A stretch of 64,000 bases of DNA from a virus (lineage: Duplodnaviria; Heunggongvirae; Uroviricota; Caudoviricetes). The position numbers and the translations under genes were made by a program. Below the pieces are notes generated by a model. It did no database searches and was not told where the DNA came from. It worked only from the letters and a program-made list of their open reading frames with translations. Below, piece after piece: positions 1 through 10,466 of the stretch. The DNA lies in IMG/VR virus record IMGVR_UViG_3300045988_150439. One strand, 5' to 3'. The first letter of the stretch is position 1. Every line of letters begins with the position of its first letter.

Positions 1-216
1 TGTGCATTATCAAATTGTGTACGGCATATCACCGTACTTGTAATATAGAGGTCATTGTTACTTTTTTCAACAGGCAAATACAAGCAATGATTGCCAATTG
101 TTAACCACAACCTACCATTTTACCTTTACACCGCAGCCGTAGGCATTTAGGCTATATCACATATAAGAAAACAAGTTGTTTCAGACGATAATTATATACG
201 CAAAGGGAACTCTCCA

Positions 217-885
217 ATGACCAAGATCTTTGTGGTTGGCGGCACAAAGGGCGGGCCTGGCAAATCCACCGTTGCCCAGCAAATTGCCGTTTGCCTGAAA
301 GTCAAAAAGAAGAAGAAGGTTTATATCACTGATATAGATATTCAGCGCACGACAACAAGCTGGTGTGAAGACCGTCGACAGAACGAAGATCTTGAGCTGA
401 TTCCTTTTGCATACGTTCAGGATGACATCATTAAGCACCTAAAATCGCTTCAGGGTAGAGCTGAGTTTGTAGTGGTAGATGCTGGTGGCTTCGACTCCGA
501 AATTCAGCGACAAGCGATGCTGATGGCTGACGTTATCATTATCCCGCTGCGTCCTAAGCGTCGTGATTTGAAATCTTTACGTGACATCGATCCTATTATC
601 GACAATGTTCGCAATGTAAACGATAAAGTGAAGGTCCGCGCGGTCATGAACCAGTGCCCGGCTTTGCCATCACAAGTGTCTCGCATTCTGGCGGCTAAAG
701 AGATTGTTGAGACGTTTGGAATCGAGTCTGCGCCAGTCAATCTATATAACCGCAACGTCTATGATGATGCGGAAGAGTCTGGTCGTTCTATCTTTGAAAT
801 GACCGGTAGCGAGCGCGACAAAAAGGCGGAAGCCGAGTTTGAAGAATTTGTAGATTATCTGTTGAGTCTGGAGGAAGAAGAATAA
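217..885 (+). CDS. parA: ParA/MinD-family partition ATPase
   Basis: Deviant Walker A near the N-terminus (VGGTKGGPGKST); 222 aa, typical of small type Ib ParA; followed immediately by a small partner gene. Confidence 0.65.
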   Translation: MTKIFVVGGTKGGPGKSTVAQQIAVCLKVKKKKKVYITDIDIQRTTTSWCEDRRQNEDLELIPFAYVQDDIIKHLKSLQGRAEFVVVDAGGFDSEIQRQAMLMADVIIIPLRPKRRDLKSLRDIDPIIDNVRNVNDKVKVRAVMNQCPALPSQVSRILAAKEIVETFGIESAPVNLYNRNVYDDAEESGRSIFEMTGSERDKKAEAEFEEFVDYLLSLEEEE

Positions 886-1244
886 TGTCCATGAAAATGG
901 GTGACCTAGCAAAGCGCAAAGAGCCTGATGCACCGGCTAAGAACACAACTCCTTTGCGCCAACCAGTCAGACCACAGGGACGCCCGACTCGTGGCAAAGA
1001 GAAAATTAAAAGCCGCACAATGTCACTGGAAGACGAATACTTCGAACTGCTGGAGATGATGAAGTTCATCCCTCGCTTCGAGAAGTTCACTCGTTCTGAC
1101 GTGATTCGAGCAGCCATTTTCCATCTGGCAGAGAAGTCACCGCAGGAAATCGAGGACATCGTGAAGCTTAACGAGGCGATCACAGCTGCCGACGTTACGA
1201 TGCGTACCGATGAAATTAAACGAGAGTTGATGAAGAAAGGTTGA
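885..1244 (+). CDS. small partition partner protein (ParG/RHH-like), putative
   Basis: 119 aa ORF whose start overlaps the parA stop (ATGA); basic N-terminus and helical C-terminus consistent with a centromere-binding partner. No motif-level proof. Confidence 0.35.
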   Translation: MSMKMGDLAKRKEPDAPAKNTTPLRQPVRPQGRPTRGKEKIKSRTMSLEDEYFELLEMMKFIPRFEKFTRSDVIRAAIFHLAEKSPQEIEDIVKLNEAITAADVTMRTDEIKRELMKKG

Positions 1245-1286
1245 TTATATTGGGCGTTTGTTACGCCCAATATATGAATTAAAGGA

Positions 1287-2990
1287 TTGATACTAATGGA
1301 ATCGATAGAATCATTTCTAAAAAATTTTCTAGTTTCAGATCATCGGGTTGCCGTCATAAAAGGAGATTGGGGCGTTGGTAAAACTCATTATTGGAATAGT
1401 TTTTATACTAAGCATTCTGAAGGATTAGATTTTAATGCATATTCGTATGTTTCTTTGTTTGGGGTTAACTCTATTGGTGATATTAAAAAAACTCTTTATC
1501 ATTGTGCCACACCAATTAATGAAAAGAAATATAAAGAACTAATTTTATCTGAAACGGATCGAACTATGATTCGTTATAGAAATGGGTTTTGGGGATGGTT
1601 GAAATACAACTCCTTGTCAAAATTTTTAATACATTTCGGAAAGAACGATTTTTTTGGGTTCAAAACAGATAACCTGCTGTCATCTCTTGAGTATAAATTT
1701 GTTAATAATTATTTGGTTTGTATTGATGATGTTGAAAGAAAAGGTAATTCGCTAGAAGTTAAAGAAATTATGGGGGTAATTGATGAATTAGCAAGAAGAA
1801 AAGGTTGCAAAGTTGTTCTAATTTTAAATGAAGATAATTTACATGATGAAACTGCAAAAAAACAGTTTTTAGAGTACAGAGAAAAAGTAATTGATGTCGA
1901 AATAAAATACGATCCTACGCCTGAGAAGAACTTACGTAAAGTTTTTTATGAAACTGATTCTGATTTTCTTTTGTTAAAAGTCTTAGCAAATGACTTAGGC
2001 ATTAAAAATATCCGTATATTAAATAAAATAAAAACATCTCTGGTTAATCTTAGGAATGAGCTAAGCTTGGCAGAGGATAAGGTTAGAGAAAGTTTTATCA
2101 ATAGATTGGTTCTGTTTTCAGTGGTTTACTATTCTGGTGTTCCAGGTGTTGATTATGCCTTGTTTAAAGAATCAATTAAAAACATACATGTATTTGATTA
2201 CATGTTAGATGATAAAAAGGATGATTCTGTATATTCATTTATTAATAGTCTTGATATTATTTATGAACGAGCGGAAATTGCTTTCGATGATGACATAGAT
2301 TTTTATCTCAAGAATGGTTATCTTTCTACTGAAAGCAATATTCGAGGTATAATAGAAGAAAAAAATAAACAATATAAAGAACACAAGGCTTTATGTGAGG
2401 TTAACAATGTTTGGGATATTTTTAGTGACTCATTCAAGGACAATGAATCTGAGTTTATTTCTAAGATAAAATGTGTAATTAACGACAATCTTTCACACAT
2501 ACCTGTTGCTCACTTCATAGGCTTGATTGATATCTTAAATAGATTGTTGATTGATTGTGATAGTTATATAGAGGCATATGCAGATGCCTTTGTTAGCCAA
2601 GATGATGCTTATACTGCTTTTCGGAATTTGTATGTAGAGATATTTGGTAACGAAAAGTTAGGTCTGCTAATTCAAAAAAAATTGATGGATAAGAAGCCTG
2701 AAGAGACTAATTTAGAGAATGTTTTATACAAAATAATTGAAGGCAAATTTAATCATAGTGACATAGCATATCTTAACAGTTTCTCTGAAGATGATTATTT
2801 AAAGTGGATATTATCCCGCAATCAGGATGCTTTGGATTTAGTGAGAAAGGGGTTGCTCAGATTCAAAAGTATGCAAGAACTAACAGAAGAACAGCAAAAA
2901 ATCACGAATAAAGCAATAGGTGCATTAACGAAACTGGCCTCTAGATCAAGTCTTAACAAACTACGTGTGAGCAGATTGCTTAATAATTAA
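1287..2990 (+). CDS. KAP-family P-loop NTPase
   Basis: Walker A GDWGVGKTHYW near the N-terminus, 567 aa, strongly AT-rich relative to neighbours; domain order matches the KAP NTPase family (PifA-like). Confidence 0.55.
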   Translation: MILMESIESFLKNFLVSDHRVAVIKGDWGVGKTHYWNSFYTKHSEGLDFNAYSYVSLFGVNSIGDIKKTLYHCATPINEKKYKELILSETDRTMIRYRNGFWGWLKYNSLSKFLIHFGKNDFFGFKTDNLLSSLEYKFVNNYLVCIDDVERKGNSLEVKEIMGVIDELARRKGCKVVLILNEDNLHDETAKKQFLEYREKVIDVEIKYDPTPEKNLRKVFYETDSDFLLLKVLANDLGIKNIRILNKIKTSLVNLRNELSLAEDKVRESFINRLVLFSVVYYSGVPGVDYALFKESIKNIHVFDYMLDDKKDDSVYSFINSLDIIYERAEIAFDDDIDFYLKNGYLSTESNIRGIIEEKNKQYKEHKALCEVNNVWDIFSDSFKDNESEFISKIKCVINDNLSHIPVAHFIGLIDILNRLLIDCDSYIEAYADAFVSQDDAYTAFRNLYVEIFGNEKLGLLIQKKLMDKKPEETNLENVLYKIIEGKFNHSDIAYLNSFSEDDYLKWILSRNQDALDLVRKGLLRFKSMQELTEEQQKITNKAIGALTKLASRSSLNKLRVSRLLNN

Positions 2991-2998
2991 GTATTCAT

Positions 2999-3053
2999 GA
3001 CCTGTTTCTGTATATAAATAATAAGTAACTTATTAAATATACGGAAGCAGGTC
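2999..3053. repeat. 55-bp nested palindrome / hairpin directly after the KAP NTPase stop
   Basis: Arms gacctgtttctgtatat / atatacggaagcaggtc flank an AT-rich loop that itself contains the perfect palindrome aataagtAacttatt; a second copy lies at 53263-53324. Confidence 0.55.
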
Positions 3054-3159
3054 TTTCAAAAGATACCCACCAGAACAACTCCCTTCCGTTTCCACTTCCA
3101 AAAACTGCCACCAATCGCTATCATCAGCTCATTGTGATAAGTAAGTAACTACCTACCAG

Positions 3160-3909
3160 GTGAGCCACATGAGCCAAATCTTTTTCGACACCATCGACAA
3201 CGACCAGTACGACTTCATGACAGAGTGGAATACCGCTGTTATGGATAAGTGGGTTGCTGAAAACATTGGTTTGTCGCGCTGCAAAGACGAGGCTGAACTC
3301 TTCGATACGAAGTGGTTTGATTACCGCGACATGCATCCTCTTATGGCCACCTGTCTGTTTACGGAGGCATACAAACGTCAGTACTCAAATATCATGCTGA
3401 CGCACGGTCGCGAACACTTTGAAACAGCTCCGTTCACCACCGGGTTAAAACGCCTGCCTTATCAGGAGTTGTCGACTGCCAATAAAACGTCGCTATGGAA
3501 AGCACGCCAGTTTGCTGACCGCTATTGCTGCTCATACGACTACTTTATCTCCACCGTTCTTTCCGCAGCTGCACGACGTCTGTGGGACAAGCTGCCTCGC
3601 CCACAGCATTTGTGGCAGCCAGAACTGATTGAGATATTTGAAGAGAAATTAGCCAGACGCGCAACAACCCGTCTGGATGACTCTCTGGTTAGCTTTAAGC
3701 ATATAGGAGACATGCAGTTCAACCCGATCCAGGAAAGCTATTTTGAGTGGATTCTGGAGCGTTTACGCACCATCCCCCGCAGCAAGCGCATACGCGCAAT
3801 TTTCTCCGCTATCTGGCTAATGGAAATCGTTCCAGAGCGCCTTATTTCCGCCCACTTTCCAGAAGAACTGGAAGAAGCACGGCGGTTTATTGATCCCCTA
3901 TCCAATTAA
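3160..3909 (+). CDS. hypothetical protein
   Basis: 249 aa ORF in the coding strand of the block; GTG at 3160 or ATG at 3169; preceded by a taagta-type palindromic motif at 3135-3158. Confidence 0.45.
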   Translation: MSHMSQIFFDTIDNDQYDFMTEWNTAVMDKWVAENIGLSRCKDEAELFDTKWFDYRDMHPLMATCLFTEAYKRQYSNIMLTHGREHFETAPFTTGLKRLPYQELSTANKTSLWKARQFADRYCCSYDYFISTVLSAAARRLWDKLPRPQHLWQPELIEIFEEKLARRATTRLDDSLVSFKHIGDMQFNPIQESYFEWILERLRTIPRSKRIRAIFSAIWLMEIVPERLISAHFPEELEEARRFIDPLSN

Positions 3910-3952
3910 CTAATACTAGAAAACAATTTGTTTAAAAAACAAAGGAAAGCAC

Positions 3953-5293
3953 ATGACCGAACTTTGCCATACAGGACGCGGGCTGTCCGAAGAGTTTGAT
4001 GAAGATTTCCAGAACAGACTGACGGCATATTTTTGTCGTGATCACGAGTTTCTTACTCGTGCGGGAGATCTGGTTGTGCCTAGCCAATTTGCCAATGCGG
4101 CCAATGCCATATTGGTTAATATGGTTTCGGGCTATTACCGTATGTACAAGAGCGCGCCCTCTTCATCTGCAATTCTGGATATGCTTAAGCGTGCGAAACG
4201 CGATAAGACTATCCGTGAGGAACTATTCGCCGATGTTGTTGCTGCGTTTAAGCGCATCCTTGCAGAAAAATTGTCCGATACCTCGTACATGGTTGACCAG
4301 GTATCAACCTTCGCAAAAAGCGTAGCGTTTGATGATGCTCTGATTAAGGCTGCTGAACTGAAAGAGAAGGGCGACTTTCAGGGGGCGATGGCAATCATGG
4401 CCAAGGTTCAGCAGATTGGATCGAACGAAGCGACCGGAATCTATGACTACTACACCTCAGCAAGTGAGCGACTGAAAGCGCGTGAATATGAGGCCTCAGA
4501 GGAGTATGTGCCAAACAGTATTACAACTGGACTCCCTCTTCTCGATAGGTTGCTGTACCAAAAAGGCTGGGCAAAGCGCGAAATGGTGCTCTTCATGGGG
4601 TTCGCTAAATCCGGTAAATCGACCGCAATGGGTGAGTTTTCCATAAACGCAACGCTTGCTGGCTACAATGTTCTGTATCTCTCGCTGGAGGTTCACACCA
4701 CCATTTTATCCGACCGTTTTGACGCAAGATTGTCGGAGACAGAAATGTCCAAGCTGGTGGAACGGCGCGATGAGGTTCATCGTAAGTTGGCAGAGTTGGG
4801 AGCCACGAAGGGGATTGGTAGTTTGTGGGTGGTTGAGCGTCCGTCAGGAAGTATATCACCGGCAGATCTGGATCGTATGCTCAACAGCATGAAAGCCAAT
4901 GGCATGGTGCCTGACATGGTTGTTGTCGACTACGCAGATTTGATGCGTGCCAGTTATGACCTTCGTGATGATCGCGCCAACATTCGTAGTATCTACACCG
5001 ATTTGCGTGCTCTTTATGACAAGCATAACGTTGCTGGGATCACGGCATCGCAGACAAACCGTGAAGGTGGCGCGTCAGAAGTTGCCACAATGATGCACGC
5101 TGCCGACAACATCGAAAAAGTACGTATTGCTGACCTGGTAATAACGATCAACAAAACCGAAGAAGAAGAAGCGAAAGGAGAGGCTCGTCTCTACTTTGCT
5201 GGTTCACGTAACCAGCAGGGAGGGATCAGCATTCGCGTTAAACAAAACCTCGAACAAATGCGCTTCATTGAGCGAATCTTAGACGTTACCTAA
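3953..5293 (+). CDS. DnaB/gp41-like replicative DNA helicase
   Basis: C-terminal RecA-fold with Walker A GFAKSGKST and Walker B-like MVVVDYADLM; sits directly upstream of a primase-like gene. Confidence 0.6.
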   Translation: MTELCHTGRGLSEEFDEDFQNRLTAYFCRDHEFLTRAGDLVVPSQFANAANAILVNMVSGYYRMYKSAPSSSAILDMLKRAKRDKTIREELFADVVAAFKRILAEKLSDTSYMVDQVSTFAKSVAFDDALIKAAELKEKGDFQGAMAIMAKVQQIGSNEATGIYDYYTSASERLKAREYEASEEYVPNSITTGLPLLDRLLYQKGWAKREMVLFMGFAKSGKSTAMGEFSINATLAGYNVLYLSLEVHTTILSDRFDARLSETEMSKLVERRDEVHRKLAELGATKGIGSLWVVERPSGSISPADLDRMLNSMKANGMVPDMVVVDYADLMRASYDLRDDRANIRSIYTDLRALYDKHNVAGITASQTNREGGASEVATMMHAADNIEKVRIADLVITINKTEEEEAKGEARLYFAGSRNQQGGISIRVKQNLEQMRFIERILDVT

Positions 5294-5302
5294 AAAATAA
5301 GC

Positions 5303-6553
5303 GTGGAGAACACCTCCACGCTTGATTCATTTGTGAAACAACTTTTCTTTTGCCAAACCACAAAAGAAAAACACATGAGCCTTTATGTTATATCAACATT
5401 TAGGTTGGTCACAATATTGCCTATTAAAAGTGGAATTATCGTGAGCGAGCTGAAAGAGCTAATTACCGAATTAGATTTTGAACAATGGTTGGACACTGAA
5501 GGTATCGTTTATCGACGTGGAGGCGTGAGTGCTCGCGGTCGTGAAGTGAATATCAAGGAGTGTCCGGTATGCGGCAGCTCCAACTGGAAGGTATATTTCA
5601 ATCTGACCAGTGGTGTGGGTAAATGTTTCGCTGGCGACCATCCTGAAGAAATACAATTTAATAAGCTGGTGTTCCTCAAGCACTACAGCGGTAAATCACG
5701 GCGACAGTTCGAAGAATATGTGCAGAACGCCCTTCTTTCTCAGGGTTGGGCACCAAAGAAAGAAGAGATAGTGCTTGCAAGCACAGTCGAGTTAGAGGGG
5801 CCACTTGCACTCCCTCGTCATTACGAACTTCCTATAGATGGCCGTCTTCCAGACTATCTGGTTGAACGAAACATATCGCCTGAAATGGCAAAGTATTTTG
5901 ACCTACGATACTGCGTCGAAGGTAAGCACGCCTATGTAGATCCGTATACAGATCAGGTTAAAGGACAGATATTCGATATGCGAATACTGATACCGGTTTA
6001 CGATCTGGATGGGGTAATGAAGACATTTCAGGGACGAGACATTACCGGTACAGCAGAACGCCGCTACCTCTTTCCTATGCAGCTTCCAGCTTCAGGTAAA
6101 TTTCTCTACAACGGCCATAATGCAGTCGGCAAACAGACTGTAGTTGTCTGTGAGGGTGCGTTCGATGTTATGGGGGTCAAACGAGCTATTTTCGACGAAG
6201 AAACATTACGTGATTACGTGGAGCCAATAGGAACGTTCGGGATGCATCTATCTGGCAACACCACTCAGGATGCAGAAGATCAGTTGGGCGCGTTCCTGAC
6301 GCTCAAAGCGCGTGGATTACGTAATGTGATCATGATGTGGGATAGTGAAAAGCAAGCTATACGTAATACGATGGCCGCAGCCAGGCGACTGACCAGTATT
6401 GGTCTTAATGTCAAAGTGGCGTGTTTGGGCGAGGAAGGACTCGACCCGGGCGATGCAACGCCAGAGCAAATCATCAAAGCCTATTATCGGGCAAAACCGT
6501 ATACCAAGCAGTTGGAGTTACAAAGCAAGGTTTTGGGCATTAAGGCTCTATGA
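5303..6553 (+). CDS. DNA primase (zinc-binding plus TOPRIM), putative
   Basis: CPVCGSSNW...GKCFAG cysteine cluster followed by a TOPRIM-like VVVCEGAFDVMG acidic motif; adjacent to the helicase. Confidence 0.5.
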   Translation: MENTSTLDSFVKQLFFCQTTKEKHMSLYVISTFRLVTILPIKSGIIVSELKELITELDFEQWLDTEGIVYRRGGVSARGREVNIKECPVCGSSNWKVYFNLTSGVGKCFAGDHPEEIQFNKLVFLKHYSGKSRRQFEEYVQNALLSQGWAPKKEEIVLASTVELEGPLALPRHYELPIDGRLPDYLVERNISPEMAKYFDLRYCVEGKHAYVDPYTDQVKGQIFDMRILIPVYDLDGVMKTFQGRDITGTAERRYLFPMQLPASGKFLYNGHNAVGKQTVVVCEGAFDVMGVKRAIFDEETLRDYVEPIGTFGMHLSGNTTQDAEDQLGAFLTLKARGLRNVIMMWDSEKQAIRNTMAAARRLTSIGLNVKVACLGEEGLDPGDATPEQIIKAYYRAKPYTKQLELQSKVLGIKAL

Positions 6554-6631
6554 TAACAATCACCTTTAAAATAAGTAGATGATTACTTATCTTTCTGTGA
6601 GAATACTTTCATCTGTTAGCTAGGAGTTGGT

Positions 6632-7408
6632 ATGAAAGACGAAATTCAGAAATTAGCCTGCGACATCATTGATAAAACTGGTTTAGAAATCAGCGAGAGC
6701 AATCGGCTAGACATCATTGAAAAAGCCGTAAAAACAGCAATGGATCATATCGCCACTCGTTTGGTCGAGATCCCGCTACCAGGGCTACCTTATCTGAAAG
6801 TTGAGTTACACGTATGGGGTGAACCTTCTTGTTCACGGCGTTCTGCATTAGTTGTTTTTATTAGCAAAGAAAACCCGCTCAGTCTTAAAGTGCAGGTTGG
6901 TGCATGGATGGATGGAAAAGTGATCTACACAAATACCGTTTTTTGTCTTTCAAACGACGAAACTATTGAAGCGGCCATTCAAGAAGCAGTTCTAGCAATG
7001 CGCAGCAGCGGTTTGATGAAGAATAACTACGAAGAGTACTTGCGTTCGATAAGTGGTGAAAAGACATTATCTCTGAAAGCAGATTTCGTTACCCCGAAAA
7101 ATCTGTTGGAAGTCTTGCTTAATAAAGGGGCTAATGATGCCGTAAATGTAATCAGAGAGAGTGAGTATGCGTCTCTTTGCGACATGTGCAAAAGCCAGTT
7201 GGATCTGGTGCATATCGTTATTGATGCTGGGAAGGCATGTGATGGCGTAATGGCGGAATTTGCTTGGAAGGTGGTCAGGATTGCTAACGAATTACCGATG
7301 ATAGAGCAAGAGGCCAAATCATACGCCACCAATCATGTCACAGAGCTTCTTGTCCCCTATCGCTTAGAAAGCAATCAGCGCAAGATGGTTAGCTGGGGAA
7401 GTTGGTAA
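6632..7408 (+). CDS. hypothetical protein
   Basis: 258 aa ORF with RBS-like aggag upstream; no recognised motif. Confidence 0.45.
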   Translation: MKDEIQKLACDIIDKTGLEISESNRLDIIEKAVKTAMDHIATRLVEIPLPGLPYLKVELHVWGEPSCSRRSALVVFISKENPLSLKVQVGAWMDGKVIYTNTVFCLSNDETIEAAIQEAVLAMRSSGLMKNNYEEYLRSISGEKTLSLKADFVTPKNLLEVLLNKGANDAVNVIRESEYASLCDMCKSQLDLVHIVIDAGKACDGVMAEFAWKVVRIANELPMIEQEAKSYATNHVTELLVPYRLESNQRKMVSWGSW

Positions 7409-7463
7409 TCTCTCCGCGCGTCGTTTTTTACGCAAATAACGATAGGTAAGTACAAGATTATTT

Positions 7464-7946
7464 ATGGCGGTAGTTGTGAAAGCTGATTTGTCAAAAATCC
7501 CTTCTATTTCAGGAAATAACGGTTATTCACTTCGTTGTGAGGAAGTAAAGATAAACGGTGAGTCGGCATATTGCAGCTATTCCGTTTGCCAGCACACCAT
7601 TCTTGCCTTCAAAGAAAACCGTCTTCCTCGAACTTCTTTCCAGTCGTGCGCAACCGCTATTAAAGCAGGCAAATGCAAGGCGTTAAAAATGATGGTTGAA
7701 GAGATTCGTAAAGGAGAATCTCTGTATTTCGAAGATATGACCGCGCTCATTAAGGAGGTTGAAGAACGGAATAAACAAGCCAGAACTATAAAACGAAAAC
7801 GTGACAGTGTAACGATTAATAGCATGGTTAAGAAGAGCACCACATCACAAACAGCGATCACTGACGTGTATGCGGCGTTGCTTGAAGAAACAACAAAAGA
7901 AACACATGAGCAAATCGATCAACATATGGAGGCAAAACAACAATGA
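7464..7946 (+). CDS. hypothetical protein (Cys-rich)
   Basis: 160 aa ORF; start preceded by the gataggtaagtac motif; stop overlaps the ligase start. Confidence 0.4.
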   Translation: MAVVVKADLSKIPSISGNNGYSLRCEEVKINGESAYCSYSVCQHTILAFKENRLPRTSFQSCATAIKAGKCKALKMMVEEIRKGESLYFEDMTALIKEVEERNKQARTIKRKRDSVTINSMVKKSTTSQTAITDVYAALLEETTKETHEQIDQHMEAKQQ

Positions 7947-9265
7947 AAAAGTTGATCGCACTTAAGCATAAGCTGGACGAAATGAAAGCTATGGGAACCA
8001 ATGCAAAAAAAGAGGCATTGGCCAACATGGATGACTTCGAGCAAAGCATGGTTTCATTGATGCTCAACCCTTTCATCCGTTTTGGGGTAAAGAAATACAA
8101 AGTGGCAGAGCCGCTTAGTGAGTCCATCCCAAGTGACGAAAAAGCCATTGATGTACTGAATAAGCTGGCCTCTCGCGAGCTAACGGGGAACGCAGCAATA
8201 GCTGCTGTTGAGTCTATCGTGGCGTCAATGTGCGCCGATGGGCAGGACGTGTTCCGTCGTTTCCTCTTAAAAGACCCGAAAGCAGGTGTTGGGATTAGCC
8301 TATGCAACAAGGTTTTTGAAAATCCCATTCCGAAATTCGAGGTGCAGCTGGCGTCACCGTATAAAGAAAAAGGCGACAAATACCCCTTCAAGCCAAATCC
8401 TAAAGCAAAATGGCCGATGATTGGCAGTCTTAAGCTCGATGGTTTGCGAGTAATTTGTGAGGTTATTGTTGACGAGGAAGAGGTGAACTTCCTTTCTCGT
8501 ACTGGTAATCCAATCACGTCTCTCGATCACCTAAAGCCAGCCATGCTCGAATTAGGCAAACTTTCAGGCCACAAACACATCTTCTTCGATGGTGAAGGAA
8601 CAGCCGGTTCATTTAACCAGTCCGTATCTGCATTGCGCAAAAAGAACGTGCAGGCAATTGGCGCTATTTATCATGTTTTCGACTTCTTCCTACCGGAATG
8701 GCGGGCACAGGCTAAATCCAAAGAGTATGCAAAGACAGGTATGAAGCTGAAAGAGCGCCTGGCTATTCTCGTGGCGTTGTTCAAAAACGATCGCAGTGAA
8801 GGCTACGCACAAGACATTCACCTGCATCCGTTCTATATCATCCATAGCCACGAAGATTTCATCGAACGCTTCATGAAACGCCTGGACGATAACGAAGAAG
8901 GGGAGATGGGCAAAGATCCGAACTCTGTTTACGAGTTTAAACGTACCCGCAGCTGGTGGAAGTTAAAAGACGAAGATTCAGAAGATGGTGAAATTATCGA
9001 CTTTGAGCCGGGCGACCCGGACTCTGGTTTTGCCAACACGCTTGGAAAAATTGTTATTCGCCTTGAAAACGGTGTGATTGTTCGTGCGAGCGGCATTAAG
9101 CATAAATATCTGGACGAGATCTGGAACAACAAAGAGAAGTACCGTGGTCGTATTGTCGAGGTTCATTGTCACGAGAAAACGCCGGATGGCAGCTTACGCC
9201 ACCCACGACTGAAATGGCCGCGTTGCTTACGCGATACAGAAGATCGAATCGGAGATAAAGAATGA
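7943..9265 (+). CDS. ATP-dependent DNA ligase
   Basis: Nucleotidyltransferase motif I KxDGxR present as LKLDGLRVI; size (440 aa) and context fit a phage DNA ligase. Confidence 0.65.
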   Translation: MKKLIALKHKLDEMKAMGTNAKKEALANMDDFEQSMVSLMLNPFIRFGVKKYKVAEPLSESIPSDEKAIDVLNKLASRELTGNAAIAAVESIVASMCADGQDVFRRFLLKDPKAGVGISLCNKVFENPIPKFEVQLASPYKEKGDKYPFKPNPKAKWPMIGSLKLDGLRVICEVIVDEEEVNFLSRTGNPITSLDHLKPAMLELGKLSGHKHIFFDGEGTAGSFNQSVSALRKKNVQAIGAIYHVFDFFLPEWRAQAKSKEYAKTGMKLKERLAILVALFKNDRSEGYAQDIHLHPFYIIHSHEDFIERFMKRLDDNEEGEMGKDPNSVYEFKRTRSWWKLKDEDSEDGEIIDFEPGDPDSGFANTLGKIVIRLENGVIVRASGIKHKYLDEIWNNKEKYRGRIVEVHCHEKTPDGSLRHPRLKWPRCLRDTEDRIGDKE

Positions 9266-9441
9266 TGCTCGGCTGGATGATTGCATTTTTAGCAGTTGGT
9301 TTTTTCATCGGTATTGTGGTGATGTCCAGTTGCATTAATGACTACATTAAAAACGGTGTTATAGAAAGACGCGGTCGCATTTATCGCATTGTAGAAATAA
9401 CCAACACCGTGAAGGAGATTAAGGATGATCGTATTAAGTAA
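9262..9441 (+). CDS. small membrane protein (59 aa)
   Basis: Below the ORF-track cutoff; ATG at 9262 overlaps the ligase stop; one hydrophobic helix then ERRGRIYRIVE, paralogous to the product of 9637-9789. Confidence 0.3.
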   Translation: MMLGWMIAFLAVGFFIGIVVMSSCINDYIKNGVIERRGRIYRIVEITNTVKEIKDDRIK

Positions 9442-9640
9442 ACGGGAGAAGGAAACGCTTCATGAAATCAGTAAGTGGCCGGAGTTCCCTGAGTACTGGA
9501 AGCCTAAAACGCGAGCTAAGTTAGAGCGTTTAGGGTTGGTTGCAAACGTTTCTGAAACGTGGTGTTCGGCCAACTACCAGTTAACTGATAAAGGGAAAGT
9601 ATTGCTACAGCAATTAGTAGAATCAGGAGCGTTAAAATGA
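9425..9640 (+). CDS. hypothetical small protein
   Basis: 71 aa ORF overlapping neighbours by a few bases (operon-like packing). Confidence 0.3.
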   Translation: MIVLSKREKETLHEISKWPEFPEYWKPKTRAKLERLGLVANVSETWCSANYQLTDKGKVLLQQLVESGALK

Positions 9641-9789
9641 TTCCATACATCTCATTAGCTTTTATGGGTGGCTTCCTTATCGGCTTCGGCATCTGTCGTG
9701 ATTTAATTAAGCAGGAACTTAAAACCAAAACACTGTGCATCGGAAAGCGTGTGTATCGGGTAGTTCATGAAACAAAGGTGAAAAAATGA
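9637..9789 (+). CDS. small membrane protein (50 aa), paralog of 9262-9441
   Basis: MIPYISLAFMGGFLIGFGIC...GKRVYRVVHE; its first 15 nt (atgattccatacatc) recur at 10650 and at the lox-like site at 15356. Confidence 0.3.
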   Translation: MIPYISLAFMGGFLIGFGICRDLIKQELKTKTLCIGKRVYRVVHETKVKK

Positions 9790-10076
9790 GCAATTTAACT
9801 TCTTGGGAATGGTGGTTGGCCACCTATTTCTTAGCGACCGGAGTCGCATTCGCCTTTTACGTAGGTCAGTTAGTCGTAAAACTGTTGCTTATTAAATTTG
9901 CTAGTCATAAACGTATCGATGATGGTCTGTGGCGTCTTGGTACCCTGGTGGAAACTCGCTACGGGCAACTTAAGGAGAACGAAACCATTACTATCCAAGC
10001 GAAACGATTCACTGCCACCATCACAAGAACACCTGATCGTAGAGTGGCCTTGATCAAAAAAGTCACAACCGAATAA
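9786..10076 (+). CDS. small membrane protein
   Basis: 96 aa, N-terminal hydrophobic segment (WWLATYFLATGVAFAFYVGQLVV). Confidence 0.35.
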   Translation: MSNLTSWEWWLATYFLATGVAFAFYVGQLVVKLLLIKFASHKRIDDGLWRLGTLVETRYGQLKENETITIQAKRFTATITRTPDRRVALIKKVTTE

Positions 10077-10466
10077 AAACATGGTGATAAGTATTTACTT
10101 ACTTATCTTTTATGTATAAGATGACTTTGTTTTCGTTGAGACGCGACTGTTTGAACTTAAATACAAGTGCAAACGAAGAAGTCTATCTGGCAGTAGCCTA
10201 ATAAGCCAAACACCAGCGAGGTCAGTTTCCAGCCTCGTTACCGAAATGGGACACACTGAGCGAGTGTGATTGCAGAACGCAGGAGGGAACATTCATGTTC
10301 CCTCCGATGAAGTAACAGAATGGGCGGTTGGTATATTTTCAACTCCATATGACTCCCGGATTCTTAGCCACTGACCGCCCATCCTGTTACGTCATTTTGT
10401 TCAATTATGTCGTTTATACTGGGTTAAAAAGCGGCGACGTAGCCCGGCTGGTATGGTTAGCCAGCA

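Noticed and set aside
181-438. Minus-strand ORF (85 aa) overlapping the 5' end of parA
   Set aside because: Antisense to a well-supported gene with a clear Walker A motif; no RBS; typical shadow ORF.
788-1270. Minus-strand ORF (160 aa) covering the parA 3' end and the partner gene
   Set aside because: Antisense overlap with two co-oriented, translationally coupled plus-strand genes.
3010-3020. TATAAATA as a T4-type late promoter
   Set aside because: The octamer occurs only inside the loops of the two large palindromes, not as a recurring upstream element before genes.
4038-4892. Several plus- and minus-strand ORFs (64-95 aa) inside the helicase gene
   Set aside because: Embedded in alternative frames of a gene with conserved helicase motifs; low-complexity translations.
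7858-8517. Minus-strand ORF (219 aa) inside the DNA ligase gene
   Set aside because: Antisense to the ligase, which carries the KxDGxR motif; Ser-rich translation with no motifs.
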